Part shown: positions 1 to 9,261 of the stretch, piece by piece | Layout of the letters: each line of letters begins with the position of its first letter | How positions within the stretch are numbered: position 1 is the first letter of the stretch | IMG/VR virus record: IMGVR_UViG_3300042884_001293 | Location: 1 to 64,000 of that record | Length of the DNA stretch: 64,000 nt | Source: a virus | Strand: one strand, 5' to 3' | Translations under genes and position numbers: made by a program | Notes under the pieces: generated by a model | What the model saw: the letters and a program-made list of their open reading frames with translations, nothing else | The model's database searches: none | What the model was told of the DNA's origin: nothing

Positions 1-20
1 TCACGTTACAGCCAAATCAA

Positions 21-1613
21 TTGCCAGAAGCGATCGCTAAAGGCTATCGTGGCGGTAACATACTTGGCGACGATAACAACCCAACATTAAAGAGCATTGC
101 TTATCAAAGACAGCAAGCTAATGTCAGACGTTGCATAGATTTCTACGAGGGCCAAAGCGCTTGGATTTATGGCGAAAACCTCGATCAGATTATTGATGAT
201 TTGGCTGAGGAGTACTTACCCCTTATGCCAAGCGAAACACCGAAAGAGTGGTATTTCAGATTAAGGCGATCGCTATTTGTTAATTTCTTTAAACCAGCCG
301 TCAAGATTGTATCTAGTCTGCTAAGTAAATGGGTGCTTAGTGGCAATGTACCTGAGTCGGTTGTCAATGCCACTAAAAACTTTGATAAGCGCGGCACATC
401 AATTAGAGCATTCTTTCTTGAAGCCGATCGCATGGCTGTTAGAGATGGCTTTGTAGGGGTGCTTACCCTTTATCCTAATTTTGGCGAAATTCCTAATCGT
501 GCAGTTGAACAACAATTAGATTTGCGCCCATATTCAGTGCTAATTCCTAGATTAGATATTGATATCAAGGATTACGAATACACCAATGACGGCTCTGTAC
601 TGCTTAAGCACGTCACGATTGATCGGAGTGAGGTAATTAGCGAAACCCGTTACAAGCAATCAATGAAAAATTATTGCTGGGAATACGAGCTAATCAAAGT
701 GCAAGAAGAAGATCGTATTTATTATGCTGTGATGCGATCGGTAACTTGCATTGAAACTAACGACAAAGGCGAAAAGGAATATGTACAGGTAGAATCGCCT
801 AAGCCATTGCTAGATACCAATGGCTTGCCATTGAGTCAAATCCCCTTTGTCCTGTACTCAGTAACAAATCCCAACCCATGGGATACGATACCCCCGTTAC
901 TTGACCTACAGCAAAAAAATCATACTTATTACCAAGTATTTAGCGATTGGCTTGCAACAGTTCGCAAGATGCAGCCAACGGCAGTTCGTGAGCATATCGA
1001 TTTTATTCCAGAGAAACTCAGTCCTCTATCCACAGGCGGCGCTGCTGTTATTGAGACAGTGTTAACCCAAATCGGAGCCGCTAAAGTTTACTATTTGCAA
1101 GCTGATGCCAATAGTGTTGCGCCTATGATTCAGGCTCTAGACCGATTAGAGTCATTGATTAAGCAGACTGTTTTCAACTTTTTGGGTGAGTCTTTTGTCC
1201 AACAATCAGCTACTGAGGTAAGCATCAAAGCTGGGCAAAACGAAGCAGGATTACAAGAGTATGAGGTAAACAAAGAGTCATGCTCACAGCAGGTTTTTTG
1301 TCATTGGGCAATGTGGGAGGGTGAAGACGTAACCGAGGATCACGGTACAATTGACGTAGATTTGAGCTTTATTCTTGCCCCTGCTGATGTGAATCTGATT
1401 CGCACTATCTTCGAGGTAATTAATAAAGGCTTAACTGAAGAAGCTGCTACTGAGATTTTGCATAGGGTTAACTTCTTACCAAAAGATCAGAAGATTGTGG
1501 CGATCGCTCAGCCTGTTGAGGTGGTTGCTGCTAATCAAAGCCAATCGGTAGAGACTGATGATGAAGATGACAGCGAAAATGATGAAGAAGATGAAACGGA
1601 GTCGGAATCATGA
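21..1613 (+). CDS. putative portal protein
   Basis: 530-aa ORF opening a co-directional head block. Its stop/start overlaps the next two ORFs and a coiled-coil scaffold-like ORF follows. The size and the acidic C-terminal tail ETDDEDDSENDEEDETESES are portal-like. The family cannot be proven by eye. Confidence 0.5.
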   Translation: MPEAIAKGYRGGNILGDDNNPTLKSIAYQRQQANVRRCIDFYEGQSAWIYGENLDQIIDDLAEEYLPLMPSETPKEWYFRLRRSLFVNFFKPAVKIVSSLLSKWVLSGNVPESVVNATKNFDKRGTSIRAFFLEADRMAVRDGFVGVLTLYPNFGEIPNRAVEQQLDLRPYSVLIPRLDIDIKDYEYTNDGSVLLKHVTIDRSEVISETRYKQSMKNYCWEYELIKVQEEDRIYYAVMRSVTCIETNDKGEKEYVQVESPKPLLDTNGLPLSQIPFVLYSVTNPNPWDTIPPLLDLQQKNHTYYQVFSDWLATVRKMQPTAVREHIDFIPEKLSPLSTGGAAVIETVLTQIGAAKVYYLQADANSVAPMIQALDRLESLIKQTVFNFLGESFVQQSATEVSIKAGQNEAGLQEYEVNKESCSQQVFCHWAMWEGEDVTEDHGTIDVDLSFILAPADVNLIRTIFEVINKGLTEEAATEILHRVNFLPKDQKIVAIAQPVEVVAANQSQSVETDDEDDSENDEEDETESES

Positions 1614-1978
1614 GTACATGGACAAACAATGATCGCGATCGCATCGTGAAATACCTCAACCTCACACGCGACTATTACACTCTAATTGAAAGCACTCTCA
1701 CAACCTACGAAGACACCTACGGGGTAAGTGCTATAACTGAGGTACAATCAAAGCTTGACGGGTTAGACACATACAAAACTACTATCGATGGTCAAATGAC
1801 CGACGGCAGTCTTGGAGTAACCAGTCAATCTGTTCCATCGTTCTACAGTATTACAAAACAAAGTGGCTCTGATCTTAGAGCTACAATGGTTTTATACAAT
1901 GGCGATCGGCAATGGCTTATCGACAATTTGAAACTACAGAATTATGCGAGTCTATCAGGTAAACATACTAGAGCTTGA
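1610..1978 (+). CDS. hypothetical protein (head module)
   Basis: ATGA overlap with the portal-like ORF and with the next ORF. No motif recognised. Confidence 0.55.
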   Translation: MSTWTNNDRDRIVKYLNLTRDYYTLIESTLTTYEDTYGVSAITEVQSKLDGLDTYKTTIDGQMTDGSLGVTSQSVPSFYSITKQSGSDLRATMVLYNGDRQWLIDNLKLQNYASLSGKHTRA

Positions 1979-2730
1979 ATATGCGATTTAAATTTAGAAA
2001 CTATTTCTACCAGAATGAAGAAGTCGGCGCAGACTCTACCGATGGCGTTAGCAGTGGCGCAGCGGATGAGATTAAAGCACCCGCAAAGCCAGAGGAAGAT
2101 GACACGGTTAAGCGTACCCTTAAGAAGCTGCGTGAAGAAGCTGAAGCAGCTAATAAACGAGCTAAACAACTTGAGGATCGCCTAAAAGAGCGTGAGCGCT
2201 TGGATGAAGAAGAAAAAGCTAAGCGGACGGGTGATTTTGAGACTTGGAAAGAGCGTATAAGAGCAGAAACAGCAGCACAAATCGAAGCTGAACGTAAAGC
2301 TAGGCTTGATGAAGTTTCAGCTACTACCAAAGACGCTGAAGAATTAAAGCAAGAGTGGAAACACGAAAAAATTGTTTCAGCTTTCTCTAAATTCTTAAAG
2401 CCAGAATTTGCAGAGCGTTTTGCAAAGATCGAAGATTACAACAAGTTGGTTGAGGTCACAAGGAGTGATAACGGTCGTTACTCTGTAGTAGTAGTTGAAT
2501 CATTAACGGATCGCACACCTCGATTTAAATCTGATGGTAAAAAGACAGTACCTTTTACTCTTGATGATTTAGCTGATCAAATCGCTAATGAAATCCCTAC
2601 AGCAGCAAAGCCACTTAATCGCGCTAGTGGTGACAATATCCCTAATGGCAGTGGCAAGCGTCAAACCAGTGATTTTAACCGCACAGCCGATCCGATGGAC
2701 TTAGTGAAGAGAGGGTTAGGACTTAGCTAA
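1975..2730 (+). CDS. putative scaffolding protein
   Basis: 251 aa, highly charged E/K/R/A-rich coiled-coil centre (KRAKQLEDRLKERERLDEEEKAKR), positioned after the portal-like gene. Confidence 0.4.
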   Translation: MNMRFKFRNYFYQNEEVGADSTDGVSSGAADEIKAPAKPEEDDTVKRTLKKLREEAEAANKRAKQLEDRLKERERLDEEEKAKRTGDFETWKERIRAETAAQIEAERKARLDEVSATTKDAEELKQEWKHEKIVSAFSKFLKPEFAERFAKIEDYNKLVEVTRSDNGRYSVVVVESLTDRTPRFKSDGKKTVPFTLDDLADQIANEIPTAAKPLNRASGDNIPNGSGKRQTSDFNRTADPMDLVKRGLGLS

Positions 2731-2747
2731 TTAGCTGAACTAAAATC

Positions 2748-2972
2748 ATGGAAATCTACCAAATTAGTGGATGCTCGGACACTTTAAAGACTTGGGTGCA
2801 AAATCTTTTTACTGAAAATGACATTGATTATCACTTAAATAAAATGTCTGACGGATGGTGTTTCGACATTGAGCAAACAAAAAAGTGTATCTGGAAAACA
2901 ACCTTTCTTGAACGACTTGCTGTTTCTAATTTAGGTGATTCAGACAAACAATTCTTGTTAGGTGTTTTTTAG
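2748..2972 (+). CDS. hypothetical protein
   Basis: ORF track; co-directional; no motif. Confidence 0.4.
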   Translation: MEIYQISGCSDTLKTWVQNLFTENDIDYHLNKMSDGWCFDIEQTKKCIWKTTFLERLAVSNLGDSDKQFLLGVF

Positions 2973-2994
2973 CTAATTAGCTAACTCAACCAAC

Positions 2995-3026
2995 AAAAAA
3001 GCGCTGTAGTGATATGGCGCTTTTTT
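2995..3026. terminator. bidirectional hairpin terminator
   Basis: AAAAAAGCGC-(12 nt)-GCGCTTTTTT: A-tract, stem, T-tract. Confidence 0.55.
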
Positions 3027-3050
3027 GGTAATAAATTTAAGGATTTAATT

Positions 3051-3239
3051 ATGCAAAAAGAAGTTGAAGAAATGAATGCATCAGAGTTAATAGGTTTTGC
3101 CTTACTGAATCCTGATAAAACTAAATCAAGTCTGTCACGGATTGAGAGCGAAAATAGATATAAGTTTTATCGCGATCAAAACTACAATAGCGATCGCGAT
3201 AGAAGAGCGCAGGAGTGGATAGCGGTACTAAAATCATGA
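3051..3239 (+). CDS. hypothetical protein
   Basis: ATG at 3051 lies downstream of the terminator hairpin, so the longer ORF-track start at 3009 would lie inside the hairpin. Confidence 0.4.
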   Translation: MQKEVEEMNASELIGFALLNPDKTKSSLSRIESENRYKFYRDQNYNSDRDRRAQEWIAVLKS

Positions 3240-3583
3240 GTATTCAAATTGAAGCGGAAAGGCTTACTGAGAAACATAAAAAAGCATTAATCCTAGAACT
3301 TGACGAATTACTAGAAAAATATCGTAAATACCCTGACGGATTCATTTTTTACTTTAGAGGCAAAGATGACGAGCTAGAAGAATGCAAGATTCTTAATGCG
3401 TATGTAGATTTTCAGCCAAACAAAAATATTCTTTTTGATTATTCAGGGTTTGCAATTTGGTATAGGTGTCACAGCCCTTATTGGTGTACCGAGGAAGGGA
3501 CTCATTACCCCATGACAGAGCAGCTTATCGATAGAGCTATCGAGAAATATGGATTACATAGCCCGACTACTACCAAAGCTTGA
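3236..3583 (+). CDS. hypothetical protein
   Basis: ATGA overlap with the preceding ORF (internal ATG of ORF 3215-3583). Confidence 0.45.
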   Translation: MSIQIEAERLTEKHKKALILELDELLEKYRKYPDGFIFYFRGKDDELEECKILNAYVDFQPNKNILFDYSGFAIWYRCHSPYWCTEEGTHYPMTEQLIDRAIEKYGLHSPTTTKA

Positions 3584-5008
3584 TTGACGATTAACAGGAG
3601 GCATTGACGCGATCGCATACCGTAAACAGTCGATGCCATGCGTCACCTGGTTATCGGCTTCTTCTTCTGTGATATTGCCATACTTATCCTTCTTGCGGTG
3701 ATACGATTGGCACTCCTCAAAGAACTGAGGCACTGTATCCACAATCTTGATCCGTTCGTGGTAGAAGTCGCTACTCATTAAGTCAACGCCCTTAATAAAG
3801 TCGTTTACCGCGCCCCTAACTTCTGAGCAGTAATTCTTAAATGGTTCTTTGAATACTTGCCCCTCTTTTGGTTTCCACACTCGTAATGATTTGATCGCAT
3901 CAGGTCGAGATGGATCACCAAAAGCGCGATTAACTTGCCATTTCATTGCTAATTTATGGCACTCGTATAAAAAATCATCTTCTAATATTGCTTGCCCCTG
4001 CATCGCTCTAGGGACACGCCACTCATCTACAACAAACCAGTGATAAAAGCCGTCTTTGATAAAAGCGCAAACTACCAAGGCTCTAGGATTTACCGCGCCC
4101 CAATCCACCGCTAATATACGATACGCAAAATCTTTAGGTAAGTCGCGATCGCTGATGATGTGCGATTCAGATAATGTCTCAAAGAATTGTCCCTCAAAAG
4201 TTTCAAATGATGCTTCCATCTCTTGACGGAATAAGCGGGGGGATAAGCTTTGTCTAAGCAGCTCAATATCTTCTGGCTTAAGGATCGGATTATCGGCACT
4301 CTTAAACTTAAACGCTTGCCATACCCTAGGATCGGCAACAAGTGCGTTTTGATAAGCCTCATAGGTATGATTAACTTTGCCCTTGGGAGTATAAGTGAAT
4401 AGCGCTGTACTGCCTTGCGTATCAGATAGCGCAGGTTGAATAATCTCTGGAAAAATACTTGCTTTCCAGTCTTGCCACTCATCACCCCCAAAATGCCATA
4501 GGCGCAAACCACGAGCGCGATCGCCGTCACCATCGTTAAGTCCCATGATCATTAGATCGGGCATATAGAACTTATACGGATCGGGGTTCTTGAAGGTAAT
4601 TGTAAATTCTGATTTACTAACATTCTCAACAGCTTTGTGATTGCGTAAGGTGTTTAGCAACTGCTTCCATAGCAGCCTACGAGCCATAACCAAGGTAGGA
4701 GCAGCTAACACCACTACAGGCGGCGCTACTGGGTTATATGGCGCACCAACCGCAACGCGCTCAAGGGCTTTGTATATCTGCAAGATGGTTTTACCAAAGC
4801 GCCGCCCTGATACTGCGATCGTGTATTTAGCTTGGCTATTGGCTATCGTTTGCTGTAGCGGATGTAGTTGGAGCTTCTTCTGCTGTTGCGAGTATGTCTG
4901 AGAACGGGTTTGCCTCTGTGCTATCTGAGTCTCTACCTTTTCCCAAGCTCTTTCCATCCGAGCCTGTGTCGCTGGTAAGAGTTCGAGGATCGGTGAGAAG
5001 GTAGCCAA
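3554..5008 (-). CDS. terL: terminase large subunit
   Basis: 484 aa. Walker A-like 'VSGRRFGKT'. C-terminal nuclease-type motifs 'LAVDWGAVNP', 'GDPSRPD' and 'HGIDCLRYAI'. It overlaps the upstream TerS-like ORF by more than 120 nt whichever ATG is used. Confidence 0.85.
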   Translation of the reverse strand: MATFSPILELLPATQARMERAWEKVETQIAQRQTRSQTYSQQQKKLQLHPLQQTIANSQAKYTIAVSGRRFGKTILQIYKALERVAVGAPYNPVAPPVVVLAAPTLVMARRLLWKQLLNTLRNHKAVENVSKSEFTITFKNPDPYKFYMPDLMIMGLNDGDGDRARGLRLWHFGGDEWQDWKASIFPEIIQPALSDTQGSTALFTYTPKGKVNHTYEAYQNALVADPRVWQAFKFKSADNPILKPEDIELLRQSLSPRLFRQEMEASFETFEGQFFETLSESHIISDRDLPKDFAYRILAVDWGAVNPRALVVCAFIKDGFYHWFVVDEWRVPRAMQGQAILEDDFLYECHKLAMKWQVNRAFGDPSRPDAIKSLRVWKPKEGQVFKEPFKNYCSEVRGAVNDFIKGVDLMSSDFYHERIKIVDTVPQFFEECQSYHRKKDKYGNITEEEADNQVTHGIDCLRYAIASMPPVNRQSSFGSSRAM

Positions 5009-5450
5009 GTTTTAATGCCTCATTTACAATTTTGTCAGGTGACCATGTATCAAGGTCTAATGCTGTACGTCCTATGCGTTGGATTGTAGATAGAGAGCCA
5101 GATAACAGGCTTATATCCTTTGGGGGTAGAAGCTCTTTTTTTAGCTTAGCTTCATTCAAATGACCTATAATTTGCCCTTGCAATGCCCTCGCAACAGTCA
5201 AGATATCAGTATCAAATTTAGTCTGTTCCCCCGCTAAGCTTGACACTTTCTCCTGCTTCGACTCTTGAGAGACGCGCCTTAGAAAGATTTTAGATTGCTC
5301 TACCCATTTATCTTTTGCGGATCTTTGCTGAATATAGTTGTAGTTTATGCCATACTTTGTAGCCAAACTTTGCAAAGATGGGCGCACATCATCGCTAGAG
5401 GCTTCTATATACTCCTTACTAATTTTTTCCCAATCGTGTTTTGTTGCCAT
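4836..5450 (-). CDS. putative terminase small subunit / DNA-binding packaging protein
   Basis: 204 aa immediately upstream of terL on the same strand. N-terminal HTH-like 'LQSLATKYGINYNYIQQRSAKDKW'. Confidence 0.45.
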   Translation of the reverse strand: MATKHDWEKISKEYIEASSDDVRPSLQSLATKYGINYNYIQQRSAKDKWVEQSKIFLRRVSQESKQEKVSSLAGEQTKFDTDILTVARALQGQIIGHLNEAKLKKELLPPKDISLLSGSLSTIQRIGRTALDLDTWSPDKIVNEALKLGYLLTDPRTLTSDTGSDGKSLGKGRDSDSTEANPFSDILATAEEAPTTSATANDSQ

Positions 5451-5507
5451 ATAAGCTAGATTACATCACCCTTATATTATTTTATCAGCTAGCTTATATT
5501 ATCTAGT

Positions 5508-5960
5508 TTAAATACCTAATGAACGACCGTAAACAGAAGGAGCTAGCGCCGCCGATCTCGCTTGTTGCGCCCTAGATTGCAATCCAAAACGTGAGGTTAC
5601 TTGATCACTTCCTACATTTCGTTGGATAGATCCTGTTGCAGTCCTTGTATTAGCCATGATCTTGCGTGTCGCGATCGCCCGTTGTTCTGGCGTTGAACTG
5701 GGATTTTTAAGAATAGCTTGATTTTTAGCAATATTAGCGGCACTAGCCCCAAACTTAGACTCAACACTACTACGCTGACCTACGGCGCTACGTTTAGCGG
5801 ATGATGCTGTAGCACTACCGCTAGAGCCTCGACCACCGCCCTTCTTGAATCTACCACTCATCTTAGAAGGATCGTTACCACCGTAGTATTGAATCCCGTC
5901 GCTATTGTCTAATGATTCCAACATAATCGACCTCGTTAATTTCATTATCATCATACTCAA
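5508..5960 (-). CDS. hypothetical basic low-complexity protein
   Basis: 150 aa, rich in S/G/A/R (KKGGGRGSSGSATASSAKRS). Overlaps the end of the radical SAM gene. Confidence 0.4.
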   Translation of the reverse strand: MSMMIMKLTRSIMLESLDNSDGIQYYGGNDPSKMSGRFKKGGGRGSSGSATASSAKRSAVGQRSSVESKFGASAANIAKNQAILKNPSSTPEQRAIATRKIMANTRTATGSIQRNVGSDQVTSRFGLQSRAQQARSAALAPSVYGRSLGI

Positions 5961-7146
5961 TCATAGTATGAGTCCATCCATCCGCGCCATAACATAGTAT
6001 AGGCAATTTATCCACATCATCTAATAAATAATTACCGTTGCTATCTACAGCATAGCTAAAAGCGGCTTTGTTGACAGGGTGAAACGGTACATTATGAGAC
6101 TTCAAAGAACATTTTAAAATCGTCTCAAATGTTGGATTTTTGGGGACTTTAAACCCTAATGCTTTTTCAGGACACATCCTAACATTGCTATCAATATAGT
6201 GATAATTTTGCGATGTGACAAAAGTTGGCAGTAAAGGAGTAAAGAACTCTACCCATTCCCGTTGTGTAAAAAACTCACGATTTAACGTAGCGCACCGATT
6301 AATAAATTGCTGCACAACTGGGAATAATTTTGGATACATTTTATAAGCATCAAAAAAGTTTGAATACCTACCGTTAGCAATACTGTAATTCTCTAACCCT
6401 ATTGATCTTGAATATTCCCTGCACATCTCAACAAATTCTTTCCTGTAAGGATCGCTATGTTTTTTCTTGAGGCAATCAGCAATCAAGTCTTCACCCAATA
6501 ATTTGCGATCGCGTTCTGGCATTACCTGTTTCTGCTTGGTGTTAATATGCAAATTCTCCATCCAAGTACCAAACACGCCGATCTCTTTTAGGTTGTCAAA
6601 AAATGGGATAGGGTCTAATAGCCAATCTGGTTCGCATGGATTACAGCCAACAATCACCGTATGACCTTTTGAGATTAATGCTTTTAACAACTCATAGCGA
6701 TGCTCTAAAGGCGGCGCACTAGGCTCTATAGCTTTGCGTGTCTCATCATCAGAGAACGAAATCGAAACATACCAAACACCGATCGGCATGAACTCTAATA
6801 CTTTTTCCCATCCTTTACCACCCTTGGTTTGCACTGAGTAAGGTATACCAAGCTCAGTCATGGTTTCCATAAAAGGAACCATTTGACGATAGTTTGAGGC
6901 ACTAAACGGATCTATGTGGTTACTGACAATTACAGGATAACCATCACGCAGCAAATAACCCTCAATGGTATTTCTGTTTTGATAATCAGCTAATAATCTT
7001 GAAACACCGTTAACGTCAAGTGTACGAGTAGGGGAATTAAGATTTGCAAAGCAATAAGGACAAGCGTGAGCGCACCAATTACCGCTTAGTTCTAATGGCG
7101 CGGGTATCTTGAGTAAACCACCGTAGAGAGGCTTTAATCCGTCCAT
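5902..7146 (-). CDS. radical SAM enzyme
   Basis: CX3CX2C cluster motif 'NWCAHACPYCFANLN' near the N-terminus. 414 aa. Resembles the SplB/COG1533-type layout. Confidence 0.7.
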   Translation of the reverse strand: MDGLKPLYGGLLKIPAPLELSGNWCAHACPYCFANLNSPTRTLDVNGVSRLLADYQNRNTIEGYLLRDGYPVIVSNHIDPFSASNYRQMVPFMETMTELGIPYSVQTKGGKGWEKVLEFMPIGVWYVSISFSDDETRKAIEPSAPPLEHRYELLKALISKGHTVIVGCNPCEPDWLLDPIPFFDNLKEIGVFGTWMENLHINTKQKQVMPERDRKLLGEDLIADCLKKKHSDPYRKEFVEMCREYSRSIGLENYSIANGRYSNFFDAYKMYPKLFPVVQQFINRCATLNREFFTQREWVEFFTPLLPTFVTSQNYHYIDSNVRMCPEKALGFKVPKNPTFETILKCSLKSHNVPFHPVNKAAFSYAVDSNGNYLLDDVDKLPILCYGADGWTHTMIEYDDNEINEVDYVGIIRQ

Positions 7147-7781
7147 AAATCTAATAGCGCCTCAAACGCAGCAGTATCATTTTCTATGCCTACGCTTTCC
7201 TTATACTCATTCCACCGTTTCATCGTGCCACTGCCAACGACTATCGGTATGGGTTGCTTATTGCCACCACTGCGATCGCTTGCGTAAGCGGGTAAGTCAT
7301 TATTATCTGAGAACTTGAGAAAGTCAGGCTCTTGATGGTCGATTATCTCTTGCTTTTGCTCTGCTAATTTTGCGAGTTCATCATCAAAATATAGATCGCT
7401 AATGTCGATTGTTTGTGCTGTTTCTTGCAGTAAATCAATATCTAGATCATAGTTAACTTCACTGATGCGATTATCTGCAATGCCTAACCTGATAGCCCTA
7501 GGATCGTCAGCAGTAGGAATATCAACCCGCCTAAGGATTACGGGGCGTGTACCGTCAATATCAAATACGATAGGCTCCGATTCATCACCAAAGCGCTCTT
7601 GTGCAACTTCTAAGCGCGCGCTTCCTGCAAAGGTTTCACCGTTAGCAGCCGTAGTTATTGCGCCCTGCCATCCATCCTTTGCAATGACGTTGTCTAGCAT
7701 CCCCATACCACGGGGGCGGTGTTTATTGAGATTTCTTTCTTGAGTACGAAAGTCTGAGAGCTTGGCTTTTTTCTTTGGCAT
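7134..7781 (-). CDS. ParB N-terminal-like domain protein (paralog 1)
   Basis: 'NLNKHRPRGMGMLDNVIAKDGWQGAITTAANGETFAGSARLEVA...LGIADNRISE' fits the ParB/sulfiredoxin-like pattern. Clear paralog of 8515-9075. Confidence 0.5.
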   Translation of the reverse strand: MPKKKAKLSDFRTQERNLNKHRPRGMGMLDNVIAKDGWQGAITTAANGETFAGSARLEVAQERFGDESEPIVFDIDGTRPVILRRVDIPTADDPRAIRLGIADNRISEVNYDLDIDLLQETAQTIDISDLYFDDELAKLAEQKQEIIDHQEPDFLKFSDNNDLPAYASDRSGGNKQPIPIVVGSGTMKRWNEYKESVGIENDTAAFEALLDLWTD

Positions 7782-7816
7782 ACAGTTAATTACTCCTGTA
7801 TGAATAATAACTTAAA

Positions 7817-7882
7817 GCGCTATGGTCGGACTCGAACCGCCATGCATTGAGGGGGACTCTTTGCAGTTCCATTCTATAGCGC
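7817..7882 (-). other. tRNA-like remnant (non-canonical)
   Basis: The minus strand reads GCGCTAT...GGCGGTTCGAGTCCGACC-ATAGCGC. It has a 7-bp acceptor-like closing stem and a T-loop GGTTCGAGTCC. It is only 66 nt, with no D arm or anticodon arm that I can fold. Confidence 0.3.
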
Positions 7883-8518
7883 AGGTTTAGGATATGGCTT
7901 CCGTAACGGTTCAATTTTATCACGCATTTCTGGAGTAAGTGGATATAAGTAGCGATGCTTAGACGATCCTTGTATCTTTTTTATGTTTGGATCTAAAACT
8001 TTTCTAGCCCAATCTTCTATGTTTTTTGCTGAAATGTTTTTTAATTTATGTGTTGATCTTGTACTTCTTAATGCCCTCCCATGCATCCTTTGACCATTGA
8101 CAATATACTCATCAGCAGCAATTGTTTTTCCTGTATAAATCCAGTTGCCAGCTTGATAAATTCCACCATGATGATTTTGATCGGGATCTGCAAAAGATGC
8201 AATCAAAATAATATTGGGACATCTTTTTATTAAAAACTTAAAGCATATAGAAATAATTCTGCTAACAGTCGTTTGATGATTTGTTAAAGCAACTCTAACC
8301 AGTTCGCATCCTTGAGTACTTTTTAATCCATAGGGATTAAATAACCCATTGTTAGCTCCGTCTCCAAAAATAACACAGCCAATAAAAATACTGTCTTCCC
8401 ATACTCCTATCTTAACCGTTTTTTGATTTGGAACACATTTAGAATAATGCCAATGTTCACAAGCATACTTAGCCGCTTCATGGCTACACCAATCAAGTTT
8501 AAGGATCGCTTTACTCAT
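7874..8518 (-). CDS. mom: Mom-family DNA (adenine) modification protein-like
   Basis: 'EAAKYACEHWHYSK', 'LIASFADPDQNHHGGIYQAGNWIYTGKT' and 'KHRYLYPL' follow the conserved blocks of the Mu Mom / acyltransferase-fold family. Confidence 0.65.
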   Translation of the reverse strand: MSKAILKLDWCSHEAAKYACEHWHYSKCVPNQKTVKIGVWEDSIFIGCVIFGDGANNGLFNPYGLKSTQGCELVRVALTNHQTTVSRIISICFKFLIKRCPNIILIASFADPDQNHHGGIYQAGNWIYTGKTIAADEYIVNGQRMHGRALRSTRSTHKLKNISAKNIEDWARKVLDPNIKKIQGSSKHRYLYPLTPEMRDKIEPLRKPYPKPAL

Positions 8519-9075
8519 AGCAACTTAATAAAATCATGTCCACACTGAGGGCATTTGCAATCAATCTCTTTAGGCTGTATCTGGTCTAGCTTGCCCTGTT
8601 CATCCATTCCTACAGGTTCAAAGTCTGGTGTTTCTTCTTCCTGATCCCTCGCAACCAACGCCGCTAACTCGTCTTCATAATACAAATCGTCAAGCTGAAT
8701 AATCTCATCGTTGATCTCAATTAATAGCTCAATATCAGGATCGTAGTTAAGCTCAGATATCCGATTATCAGCTACTCCCAACTTAACCGCTTTCGGGTCG
8801 CTAGCTGTGGGGATATCATCACGAATTACGATGACGGGGCGATCGCCAGTCGTATGCACTGTAATAGGCTCTATCTCTTGACCAAAGCGATCGTATGAGA
8901 CTTCTAAACGCGCCGATCCTGCGAACGTTTCGCCATTTGCAGCCGTGGTAATTGCACCGATCCATCCTGAATTTTCGATGGTATCGCTCAAGGCTTTCAT
9001 ACCACGATTTTTATGGCGGTTGACGTTTTTGGATTGGACTGTAAAATCCGATAACTTAGCTTTACTTTTCGCCAT
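8515..9075 (-). CDS. ParB N-terminal-like domain protein with C-terminal zinc ribbon (paralog 2)
   Basis: N-terminus is near-colinear with 7134-7781 (KAKLSDF..Q..N.N.H..RGM...ITTAANGETFAGSARLEV). C-terminal 'CKCPQCGHDF'. Confidence 0.5.
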   Translation of the reverse strand: MAKSKAKLSDFTVQSKNVNRHKNRGMKALSDTIENSGWIGAITTAANGETFAGSARLEVSYDRFGQEIEPITVHTTGDRPVIVIRDDIPTASDPKAVKLGVADNRISELNYDPDIELLIEINDEIIQLDDLYYEDELAALVARDQEEETPDFEPVGMDEQGKLDQIQPKEIDCKCPQCGHDFIKLL

Positions 9076-9261
9076 AAATCAACATACGAATTTACAGCGA
9101 TTCTAGCATTATCGCGCCCTTTGATGGCGATATTGCAAGATTACTGATATTAAAAAGTGGTAAAATATTAGTGGCGATCGCGTATTCCCGTACCGATCAC
9201 CTGATTAACCTTATCTTTAAGCGCAGGTCAATATGAATAGTTTAGCAAATGTGAAACACCT

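Noticed and set aside
185-4901. Antisense or alternative-frame ORFs within the portal, scaffold and terL genes (185-433, 1942-2169, 2007-2330, 3849-4043, 4111-4533, 4641-4901).
   Set aside because: They lie entirely inside longer ORFs that have recognisable motifs, and their amino-acid composition is odd.
7817-7882. Calling this element a functional tRNA gene.
   Set aside because: It is only 66 nt, with no foldable D or anticodon arm and a mismatch in the T stem. I kept it only as a tRNA-like relic.
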